A DNA stretch of 64,000 nucleotides from Octopus sinensis (Eukaryota). Position 1 is the first letter of the stretch. The number at the start of each line of letters is the position of its first letter. Positions 39,131 to 50,273 of this stretch are shown in pieces. The notes under the pieces were generated by a model. The model searched no databases. It had not been told where the DNA came from and saw only the letters and a list, made by a program, of their open reading frames with translations. Where the stretch lies: positions 76,818,001-76,882,000 of the forward strand of contig NC_043000.1 of assembly GCF_006345805.1 (NCBI RefSeq). The letters run 5' to 3'. The position numbers were made by a program, and so were the translations under genes.

Positions 39131-40464
39131 TAATGTTCTAGATTTGCTTACAGTAGTAAGTTGAGTATTAGATTAAGTGAACCAAACTATTTATAGTTAA
39201 GTTGGGAACCATATATAGACAGTCTGACCAGTCTGGCTAGCATTAAGAGTGCTCACCATGACTATAAGCAGAAAATAATTGAGCTAGAAACAGCAGCCAA
39301 ATCAAACCCGACCATCTTAAAACATCAAGGACAATTGGATAATGCAATATTAAATACACTGAATGTCTGAGGTCATAGGTCTACTGGATTAGAGCTGACA
39401 AAAAACTAAACAACAACCAAATACTTATAGTGGATTTGAACTTATGACTTCTCAGTTGATAGCACATTTACTTTCTTTTTTTTTCTTTTTTTTTGTTACT
39501 TAATTTTGTGTAGTTGTTTGTGAATGGTGAATAATATTTTAGAAGTTTCTAAATATTCATCTGTCAGTCTACCTCTTTGTCAAACAGGATCACAAATAAT
39601 TTGGTACAATTGGGAAAACAAGCATGAAAATATTTAATGATAATAAATGCTGTATGGAAATGTTTATTACTTTCTTTTCTCATATCTTAAGGCAGCAAAA
39701 TGGCAGAGTTGTTAACACACTGGGCAAAATGCTTAGTGACATTTTGTCTGTCTTTATGTTCTGAGTTCAAATTCTACCAAGGTTGACTTTGCCTTTCATC
39801 CTTTCAGGGTTGATAAAATAAGTACCAGTTGAGGACTTACCCACTCATCTGAAATTGCTGGCCTTGTGTCAAAATTTGAAACTAATATTTTCACATATCT
39901 CTTTACATACATATGCACATGTTTACATTCACACACACATTTACATATCTATTTACACATTCTTTAACACACACACATCTGGTACAGTGCAGCTGCTATG
40001 TATAGACATCTTGGACCAAATCCCAAGAAAAGCCTAAATTGATTGGCATTAAATCACACATTCCAGTCTCTGACCCACAGGCATGTTGCCACTATAATAG
40101 TCAGTGCTCCTCTGAGTTGATTCATCACTCAGGCACTCCCAACTGACTTATTTCTCCATCTCTTGGTCACCCTTGTTATATTCCCTCCCATTTGAGGCAC
40201 TGCATGTCCATGTCCTTCCATCACTGAATGTCCACCCATTTGAATCTTCTCTCTGTTCATGTCTTTCCTTAAGTGTTCACTTGCAAGTTTAAACAAAACA
40301 TTAATGGTATCACTTTCACCAGTCTTAGAGGGCCTGTAAAGGTCATAGAACTGCTCCGTCTTCCAGACATTGCAATTAAAAAAAACCCAAATCATACATT
40401 CACTCACACACACATTTGTACATATTCTTTTACATGTATACATTAATCTTTTTCTGATTTGCAG

Positions 40465-40594
40465 ATTGGCCATGTTGCTTGTGGTTATGGTTTTACATTA
40501 TTCCAGTCTAGTTTACAAGGTTCCTCTGTACTTCTTGGCACTGGTATTAACACTGATTCACAAATTGGATGTTATCAAATGCAGAAGGACTCGG
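40465..40594 (+). CDS. RCC1L: RCC1L coding exon 3
   Basis: gcag|...|GTAAGT, 130 nt. IGHVACGYGFTLFQSSLQGSSVLLGTGINTDSQIG matches human ISSAACGYGFTLL...GMGLNKDSQLG. Confidence 0.93.
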
Positions 40595-41117
40595 GTAAGT
40601 CAGCAACTATCTGGCTGCTAGTTATACTCTAAAATGTTATCTTACCAGTGGTTACAGTTTAGAATATTGAATAACTCATACATCAAAACAAAGAAATGTA
40701 AATTAAAAACATCATTTTAAACACTGTGAATGTAAGTAATAAATATTCTAGAAAATTTAGTCTTTAGAATAATGCAGATTCATAGAGATTGAAGTATATT
40801 TCAATTTTCCAAAGCTTGTACATATATTTACCTTTCTATATGTGTCTGTGGGCACATATAAATGAATGAGTGAACTGCTAAGATTTCGACTGTAGAATGG
40901 TATCAAACTAGTTGGAGACAGTTGAAAAAATTGTGTTGATAATTAAGTTAATGACTATTTTCTCATTTAAACAGGTGTAAATTTAAGTAATTAAATCTTC
41001 TTGGTTTACTTCATTAAGTATTTTAGCACTAGCTACTTATTTTTTTAGTCCACCAGGATAGGTATTTAATATTTAGGTAGGAGAGGTAGAAGTACTAGTC
41101 AAAATATTGCTATAAAG

Positions 41118-41372
41118 CAGTGGTTCTCAACCATTCTTTAGCTATTAACCTCTTTGATCTCTACTTTACTGGGGTAGACCTTCAAAATCATTCAATTTCT
41201 AAAAAAATTCCATTATATTTTTATAATTAAATATTAATAGGAATTGCATTAAAACATTGTTAGAATATTTTGTGTATTGTAGAAGTATAACCAATTTGTT
41301 GTGCATAAATTTCAACAGCAAAATCTTATTTGGATCCCCAAGGGTCATATGGACCCTGGTTGAGGACCACTG
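41118..41372. mobile_element. hAT (Charlie-like) MITE
   Basis: TIRs CAGTGGTTCTCAACC / GGTTGAGGACCACTG. 8-bp TSD CTATAAAG / CTTTAAAG. Confidence 0.9.
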
Positions 41373-41651
41373 CTTTAAAGTTTAGTTTTTCTATAATGTA
41401 ATTGAAATAACTTTTTTTGGAAACCTATAATGGTGGTCACATTGGTAAAGATAAGTTTGAAACATTGGATAGAAGTGGTGGTGGCGGCAATGGTAGCAGC
41501 ATGAAGAAAATTGTGATATTTTGGACGGGAACTTTAGAGGATTGAAGAGAAATCACTACACTAAGTTAGAGAGAATGCCGGAGGAGAAGGGTGCCGAAAT
41601 GAAGTGTCATTTCACAAGCTGTATTTAGATGAAGTGTTTCTCTATTTGTAG

Positions 41652-41780
41652 ATAGATTCCTTGATTACATAATTGAACCCACAAACATTGAAATACCTTT
41701 TCTTCATCAAACTAAGACGAAAATTATAGGAATGGCTGGTGGCCGGGCACATACAATCATTCTCACTGATCAAGAAGGTG
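41652..41780 (+). CDS. RCC1L: RCC1L coding exon 4
   Basis: ttgtag|...|GTAAGT, 129 nt. DRFLDYIIEPTNIEIPFLHQTKTKIIGMAGGRAHTIILTDQEG matches human YEYVLEP...VSCGRAHSLVLTDREG. Confidence 0.93.
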
Positions 41781-42367
41781 GTAAGTGTGTTTGTTCATTC
41801 ATTCATTCTTCTTCTTCCTCTCCTTCCTCTCTTCTCTTTCAGCTTCTTCTTCCTCTTTCTCCCCTTCACTTTCCTCTCCTCCTCTTTCTCCTCTCCTCTT
41901 TCCCCTCCTCCTCTTTCTCCCTTTACCTTCTCTCCTTTCCTCTTCTTTTTTGTTTGCTTCTTCTTATTGGTAAAAATGCTCTGTGTTATTTGTTCCACAA
42001 ATGGTAAAGTACCAGTTAAGTACTGAGGTGGATGGTATTGCCTAAACCCCCGTCAGAATTGCTGGCCTTGTGCTTAAATAAAAAACAAAAATTATTATTA
42101 TTATTATTATTATTATTGAGTGAGAGAGCAGTTCATGCCATCAAAGTGACACTGGGGTAAAATATACGAAGCCCAATTACCCATCATGACTACCCGTCTG
42201 ATAAAGGTACACCAGGCACATGCATCACAACCATATGTGCGCAACATGGTGATCTCATATCAAGATAAACAGCACATGACCTTGCAGGTGGGGCCCAGTT
42301 AGAATTTTCTTCAGGTTGAGTAGCCCATCCCGCTCAAATGGTCCCTGAATAAGGGTTGTTATTATTA

Positions 42368-42424
<57 letters not shown>

Positions 42425-42790
42425 CTATTCTGTCAAGGTCAACTTTGCCTTTCTTCCTTTTGGTGTTGAGAATAACAGTGAAACACTGGGGTCAATATAA
42501 TCAACTAGTCCCCTCCCCTAAAATTTCAGGCCTTCTGCCTTCAGCAGAAAGGATTATTATTATTATTTTATTATTTTATGTTTGACTTTTGCTTTACGTT
42601 TGTACAAGTTGGCTCCAAGTCTCACCCAGAGACCTTAAGAGACGAGTTGGAAGTTCATCATGGTGTTATGCTTAGGTTGCCTTATATTTGGTTTTGTACA
42701 TAGTGTTGTTCTAAAGAATGTTTAAGAATTATTATCATTATTATTGTTATTATTATTATTATTATTATTAGTAGTAGTAGTAGTAGTAGT

Positions 42791-43010
42791 AAGGCAGTGA
42801 GCTGGCAGAATTGATAGCACACCGGGCAAAATGCTTAGCGGTATTTCATTCATCTTTATGATCTGAGTTCCAGTTCTGCCGAGGTCGACTTTGCCTTTCA
42901 TCCTTTTGGGGTTGATAAATTAAGTATCAGTTAGATACTGGGGTCGATGTAATCAACTTACCCCCTCCCCCAAAACTTCAGGCCTTGTGCCTTTAGTAGA
43001 AAGGATTATT
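42791..43010 (+). mobile_element. ~220-bp SINE family B copy
   Basis: GGCAGTGAGCTGGCAGAA...GAGTTC...GACTTTGCCTTTCATCC...(ATT)n. Further copies near 14205, 16750, 18000 (-), 39690, 42430, 43649, 44700 and 44960. Confidence 0.8.
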
Positions 43011-43596
43011 ATTATTATTATTGAGTGAGAGAGCAGTGCATGCCATCAAAATGACACTGGGGTAAAATATACGAAGCCCAATATACCCATCATGACTACC
43101 TGTCTGATAAGGGTACACTAGGCACATGCATCACAACCATATGTGCGCGACATGGTGTTCTCATGTCAAGATAAACAGCGTATGACTTTGCAGGTGAGGC
43201 CCAGTTAGAATTTTCTTCTGGTCGAGTAACCCATCCTACTCAAAAGGTCCCTGAATAAGGGCTGTTTAAGGATGTTGAATGAAACATCCATGTTTCCAGA
43301 GGTGAATTATTAAAACCCCAAAGAATCCCTCTCAACACATGGCTATGATGCTTCCCCACTACTTCTGCTCGTGATCAGAGATGCACATATCGTCAGTCAC
43401 TAAGAGACATGCTCAATTGGTTAAGGTCAAACAACTGACAAGCAAATCTATGGTATTGAGCAGAATATTTGCTGTAGCCCATCTTTTATACCAAGACAAA
43501 ACAATCTACATGATAACACTTCCAATCAGTTAAGATCAGAAGCCATGAGAGCCACTGCCTGGTACTGCATCAGGACATTTGTTATTGTTGTTGTTG

Positions 43597-43631
<35 letters not shown>

Positions 43632-44454
43632 GTAGTAGTAGTAGTAGTAAGGCAGTGAGCTGGCAGAATTGATAGCACACCGGGCAAAATGCTTAGCGGT
43701 ATTTCATTCATCTTTATGATCTGAGTTCCAGTTCTGCCGAGGTCGACTTTGCCTTTCATCCTTTTGGGGTTGATAAATTAAGTATCAGTTAGATACTGGG
43801 GTCGATGTAATCAACTTACCCCCTCCCCCAAAACTTCAGGCCTTGTGCCTTTAGTAGAAAGGATTATTATTATTATTATTGAGTGAGAGAGCAGTGCATG
43901 CCATCAAAATGACACTGGGGTAAAATATACGAAGCCCAATATACCCATCATGACTACCTGTCTGATAAGGGTACACTAGGCACATGCATCACAACCATAT
44001 GTGCGCGACATGGTGTTCTCATGTCAAGATAAACAGCGTATGACTTTGCAGGTGAGGCCCAGTTAGAATTTTCTTCTGGTCGAGTAACCCATCCTACTCA
44101 AAAGGTCCCTGAATAAGGGCTGTTTAAGGATGTTGAATGAAACATCCATGTTTCCAGAGGTGAATTATTAAAACCCCAAAGAATCCCTCTCAACACATGG
44201 CTATGATGCTTCCCCACTACTTCTGCTCGTGATCAGAGATGCACATATCGTCAGTCACTAAGAGACATGCTCAATTGGTTAAGGTCAAACAACTGACAAG
44301 CAAATCTATGGTATTGAGCAGAATATTTGCTGTAGCCCATCTTTTATACCAAGACAAAACAATCTACATGATAACACTTCCAATCAGTTAAGATCAGAAG
44401 CCATGAGAGCCACTGCCTGGTACTGCATCAGGACATTTGTTATTGTTGTTGTTG

Positions 44455-44490
<36 letters not shown>
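42791..44490. repeat. Apparently identical 858-bp tandem duplication
   Basis: Copy 1 starts at 42791 and copy 2 at 43649. No differences seen by eye outside the junction (TTA)n(GTA)n tract. Confidence 0.93.
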
Positions 44491-44533
<43 letters not shown>

Positions 44534-44845
44534 ATTGACAGAATCATGAGCATCTGACAAGATGTCTTACAATGTAAGTACAAGTCAAATACTGGGGTCA
44601 ATATAACTATCTAATTATTTTCTCTTGAAGTTACTGGGCTTGTGCCTTAGATAAGAAATTATTAAGGTCACCGATTAGGGAAATTATTAGTTGCAGCTCT
44701 TTACATTCTGAGTTCAGATCCTGCTGAGGTCAAGTTTGCCTTTCATCTGCTTCAAGGAGAGAGAAAGAAAGGAGAGAGAGGGGGAGATTTGACTAAAATA
44801 CTCCCTTGAAAAATTTCTGGCCTTGTTTCTCTGTTAAAAATGATC

Positions 44846-44867
44846 ATTGTCGTCGTCGTCGTCGTCG

Positions 44868-44934
<67 letters not shown>

Positions 44935-44935
44935 G
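44846..44935. repeat. (CGT)n(CAT)n compound microsatellite
   Basis: Read directly from the sequence. Confidence 0.95.
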
Positions 44936-46857
44936 AAATGTCAAAAACAGAAATGTGTTGGATTAAAGGATTTGCAGTGTTTACTTTCTGAGTTCAAACC
45001 ATACCAGGCACATTTGTGTGTGTCATCCTTTAGAAGTCAGTAAATACCAGTTAATCATTGAGGATTAATGTAAACACTTATACCCTTCTCTAAACTTTGT
45101 TATTGTGTGTATTGTTAGTGGAGTTGTGAGAGGGATGGATGATAGGAGAGGTCATTCAACTAGACTATGATGTTGTCATGGTTACTGGCCCTCTCCATCC
45201 TCCAGTTTCAGGGCACTTATTTGTAATACATTTCTATTTGTATATATATTTCATTATATATAATCTTTACATCTGTTGTCATCATCATCATCACCATCAA
45301 CATAATCATCATTTTCATCAAAATGCTTTAGCTTTATCAACTTCTTTTCCATGCTGGTATGAGCTGGCCAGATTGTCACAATCTGAGTCAGTTCTTATTT
45401 AAACTTAATGGTCTCTTAGACAAGATGTGAGGATCATATTATACTTTTAGTGAGGTTTCTATGTTTGGATGCCCTTCCTAACATCAACCACTTTACAAAA
45501 TGTGATGAGTGCATTTTAATGTCACAGAAACACTAAGGAGGTTGTCATATCCTTGGGAGGATGAAACAGTTCTCTTTACTCTGTTGTTATCTCTGTCTAT
45601 TTGCCCTCCAGTATCAGGAAGTCATTTTATCTTTTATATATCTAAGTATATATATATACACACACACACACAATGTGTGTACTTTATTCTACATGCCTTC
45701 ACTTCATCACCTAGCTGTCATAGATAAATAAGTAGCAGTTCAATAGGGAATAAGTTACCTCATCCACTGCAGGAGAATACATATCTCTCATCTACTTTAC
45801 ACCTGAAATATGAGTTAAGAAGTAGCCCTTAAAAAGTAGTCTACAGCTACTTGGATGAGATCTGTGGAGTTTACTTCAGCTCTGGAGATAAGAAAGAGGT
45901 GATATGTTGTAGAAATTAAGGGATCTTTTGAACTTTCCTCCCCAGTTGTCTCTTTCCCGCAGCAGCTTAAGTTGAACACTAATGGAATCAGTCTCAAAAG
46001 GTCTGTGAAGCTTATGGACATTTCTTTCCCTCCAAACCCAGTAAGTTAAAAATAAAATTATTGCCCTTGGTACTTATAGATTATATTTGATATTTGCTCT
46101 TCAGTATGAAATAATGCCAAGTTGTGAGCATTGACAATGAAAGAACCTCTGTATAGTCACTTGGCATGCTAGAAGTGGAAGCTAAATCTCCCTCAAGTCA
46201 TGCCTTACTGTCTTAAAAGATAAACAATATCATAAGTAATATAATCTCAGATACTGTCTGAAAAAAAATGAAAAAAAAAATGTTTGGTGAAGATGCAGGC
46301 ATGGCTAAGTGGTTAAGAAGTTCGTTATAAAACCACATTGTTATGGGTTTGTTTCTCTGTGTGGTACATTAAGTGTCTGCTACCATAGCTGCTTATTGGG
46401 CTTTGTGACTGAAATTTGGGAAATGGAAACTGTGTAGAAGCCTGTCATATCTATCTTTCTGTTTGTCTGTCTGTACATATGTATGTGTGTGTATGTATGT
46501 GTACATATGTATGTATCTTTTGTCAATGTATATTGGTGAAGACATACACACATGCACTCTCTCTCCCTCTCCCCCTCTTGTGCATCAGGGAAAACATGAT
46601 AAACTGGTGTGTTTGAAAAAAACGTATTTTGTTGTAGTTGTTTCACCTAAATAGAGCGAATACTTATGTCACTAGAAAAAACACCTTTGATCATAAAGCT
46701 GTTGGATTGTTGTTGACCTCAGGTTCAACAACAAAAAACAAAAAAAAACCTGGTTATCTAATTTATCTTTTCAATAATTATACCAACACTTTCTTTTTTA
46801 ATATTTCTCTTATTTTGTTTATAACTTTATTTTGTTTCTCCTCTTCCTCCTGTACAG

Positions 46858-46924
46858 TGTTCAGTCTTGGTAACAACTCATTTGGTCAGTGTGGTCGACC
46901 GATTGTAGAAACAGAAAAATACAG
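46858..46924 (+). CDS. RCC1L: RCC1L coding exon 5
   Basis: tacag|...|GTAACT, 67 nt. VFSLGNNSFGQCGRPIVETEKY matches human VFSMGNNSYGQCGRKVVENEIY. Confidence 0.93.
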
Positions 46925-47554
46925 GTAACTTGTATATTTTTCTCTTCTCTCCCTTCTTCTCTGGTCACCCCTACTGTGTTACTCTTCCCTATTGTGTCCT
47001 TTCCACTCATTAATCTGTCATCCTCTTCTCAGTAGTCTGATTCTAGAAACAGAAAAATACAAGTAACATACATTTTTCTCTTCCTATCAAGTGACACTAA
47101 CCATTTTCCAATCTTTCCCTCCTAAATTCTCAATCCTGTGAAATCATCAGCCATATTGATTTCTCTAACCTAGGGCTAGAGAAAACATTGATGATGACCA
47201 GTGTTCTGTCGAGTGTTTTTGCTGTGGATGTGTGCAGAAATTTGCATTGTGAGATATTTGTATAGAAATTGTTGCTTCTTTTAACACCTGGATGTTTATC
47301 TTTATAATGCTAACCATTCTGTTCATCTTTGCACAATATATAGGTACAAGCAGCCCCCATGTTACAGAAGTATTGCACTTCAGAAAAATCTTACTGTAAT
47401 GTGGAGATCTGTCATATGAAATATATTTTCTATTGATTTTCATGTTAAATAGAAATCAAAGGAAAAAATCTCAGTTTATGGAACTTCATGTTAACACAAT
47501 ATTTTCATAATGTGGACTATATCTGTAGTACATATTGCAGCATTAATTCATTAC

Positions 47555-47685
47555 ATAGCCTTCTTACATAATCTGTACCAAGCTTTAATAATACAGGGCT
47601 ACCACAGCCCTCTTACATAATCTGTATCTAACTTTAATAATATATGACTACCACTCTTACATTGTCTGTATCTAGTTTTAATACT
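47555..47685. repeat. ~47-bp minisatellite, 3 diverged copies
   Basis: CTCTTACATAATCTGTA...TTTAATA...CTACCA repeated. Confidence 0.75.
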
Positions 47686-48976
47686 GCAAAGTTATCTTTT
47701 ACTTATTTTAGTCATTAGACTGCAGCCATGCTGGGGCATCACCGTGAAGAACTTTTTTGGTTGAGTGATCTAGCTCCAGTACTCTTTTTTTTAAGCCCAA
47801 CTTTATTCTATCAGTCTCTTTTGCTGAACTGCTAAGTTATGAGGGACGTAAACACACCATCAGTTATCAGGTTGTGGTAAAGGACAAACACATACACACA
47901 CATGCACGCACACATGCATGACAGGTTTCTTTCATTTTTTTCTACTATATCCACTCAAGGCTGTGGTCAGCCTGAGGCTATAGTAGAAGACATTTGCCAA
48001 AGGTGCCACACAGTGGCAGTGGGACAGAGCCTGGAACCATGTGGTTGGTAAGTGAGCTTCTTACACAGTCATGGCTGTTACCATATTTTTCTTACATAAA
48101 TTTTACTTTAATAAATGCAGAGCTATTATAACTTTCTTAAATAGCCTCCACCTAACTTCGCTCCTAAATTTAATGATTTTTTTTTTAGATAATCATCAGT
48201 GTGTTCAGTATCACAGAATGTCCCCAAAATCAACAATCTATAATAACAAATGCTAAAGAGAATGTCAGCGTGTCATACTTTTTCAGCTTTACTCTTCCGA
48301 CCCTATCTCTCACTATTCAGTGACACTTCTACTATTCCTCATGCTTTACTCCTCTCTCACTATTCAATGACTCTTCTACTATTCTTCATTCTTGTTTTTT
48401 TTTAAACCCTAACATTTAGGAAAAAAATATTTCTGTAAATGTTATAACTATTTCCGAAAGTAATTTCCAAAATAAACATTTTGAAAAAAATCTTTCTCTA
48501 AATATTATAACTGTATCAAGTAATTTAACCATAACATGTACTTCATAACATTATGAACTGAAATACGTATTGAACTCACTCTCACATACAATATTATCTC
48601 TCATAACCCTCTACCATAAAAATATTAGAAACTTTTTTCAGATATTAATACAATTTGTTGGACCTATTTTCATGCCATCAGCCGTTGGAACTATGGAAAC
48701 TTAGCACCCTCCAATTGCATGAAAATAGATTCGACTAACTTTATTATTACCTTAAAAAAATACTAAATTTCAAACATCTTTATGGTCAAATACATTTAGA
48801 GCATTTCCAAAACATAAAAATCACACTTTAAAATAGTGTTTAGCAACAGTGGTGTAATTTTCCTTCAAACTACGAACAGGAGTTTAGTTATGTACCAAGT
48901 ATTACAAATAATTGTTTGTATGGAAAGTAAGGCTCTACATACATCAAATTGTCTTTAAATTAAGTGGCGGCAGCAG

Positions 48977-49213
48977 AATTATCTACATTATTTACATTAT
49001 TTATGACTGACGGATATTTGTCCTCATCGTGTTTATTGTTAACACGTTTTGGCTGATATCAGGTGTCTTGGGGAAATTTTGAACCTGGGCTTGAAATTTC
49101 CCCAAGACACCTGATGAAGGCTGGAGGGTATATCAGCTGAAATCTGTGTTAAAACAAACAAGATAAGGACAAATATCCATCAATTGTAAATAATTTAAAT
49201 AATGTACATAATT
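48977..49213. repeat. ~237-bp palindromic element
   Basis: Perfect 22-bp inner stem (49058-49079 / 49094-49115), 14-nt loop, imperfect outer arms. Confidence 0.9.
49106..49150 (+). ncRNA. Degenerate minimal hammerhead motif inside a foldback element
   Basis: GACAC-CUGAUGA-A-GGCUG...CAGCU-GAAA-UCU-GUGUU. Stems I and II pair; stem III is decayed. Confidence 0.5.
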
Positions 49214-49482
49214 CCTTATCTCTTAAATATAGAACCAGAAGAATTATCGTTGAACTTTTAAAAGGTAAGTTTATTGTTGCCTACGGCCAGCTATATGCTG
49301 GTTGTTCAAGGGTAGGAAGTGGAAACAAGCTATTTGTACTGACCCCGAATGGGAAGACAAAAAATATTGTTTATCATGCAGCTTTGCAATAAGTTCCAAG
49401 TCGACAAATTATTGTTTTGATGAAAATTGTTCATTATTTGAAAAATATTGTCCAAGTTTAATAAAATTTGATATGTACTCAA

Positions 49483-49868
49483 TGCACAGGAGTGGCTGTG
49501 TGTTAAGTAGCTTGCTTACCAACCACATAGTTCCGGGTTCAGTCCCACTGTGTGGCACCTTTGGCAAGTGTCTTCTACTATAGCCTCGGGCCGACCAAAG
49601 CCTTGTGAGTGGATTTTGTAGACGGAAACTGAAAGAAGCCCGTTGTATATATATATATTTGTGTGTTTGTGTGTCTGTGTTTGTCCATCCCAACATCGCT
49701 TGACTACTGATGCTGGTGTGTTTCCGTCCCTGTAACTTAGTGGTTTGGCAAAAGAGACTGATAGAATAAGTACTAGGCTTGCAAAGAATAAATCCTGGGG
49801 TCGATTTGCTCGACTAAAGGTGATGCTCCAGCATGGCCACAGTCAAATGACTGAAACAAGTAAAAGAG
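49483..49868 (+). mobile_element. SINE family A copy
   Basis: Full head-to-tail match to the other copies. Confidence 0.88.
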
Positions 49869-50221
49869 TAATGCATGAAGTGTCATTATTGGGTCCAAGG
49901 CCCAATGAAGAGCCCTCCACAGGAGCTAGCTTGAAAGCTGCTCCTACCGGGCTAGTAAGGAAATATGTTGTTCTCTCTAACAGTATTATTTTCTTGTGGA
50001 AAATATTGATGTCTTTTTTTTTTTTAGAGGGAGAAAAAAACACGCTTTGGTTAATTATTTCTTCCATGATGTGATTAACATGATAACAATGGCAATTCTG
50101 ATGAAAAGTCTTTAGTTACCCAAAGTATTGTATTTATGATCTAAAACTTCTATTTCTTATCCAGAATCTGTTAATGTCTTCAGCTTTACAAATATATAAA
50201 TATATTTGTTTTTCTATTCAG

Positions 50222-50273
50222 AGGCAGTTCCACCATCACTAAAATTAGACACCTGCCTGATAACATAAAAGAG
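50222..50273 (+). CDS. RCC1L: RCC1L coding exon 6
   Basis: tttttctattcag|...|GTATTT, 52 nt, phase 2 to 0. (R)GSSTITKIRHLPDNIKE; length and phases fit the gap between exons 5 and 7. Confidence 0.75.
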
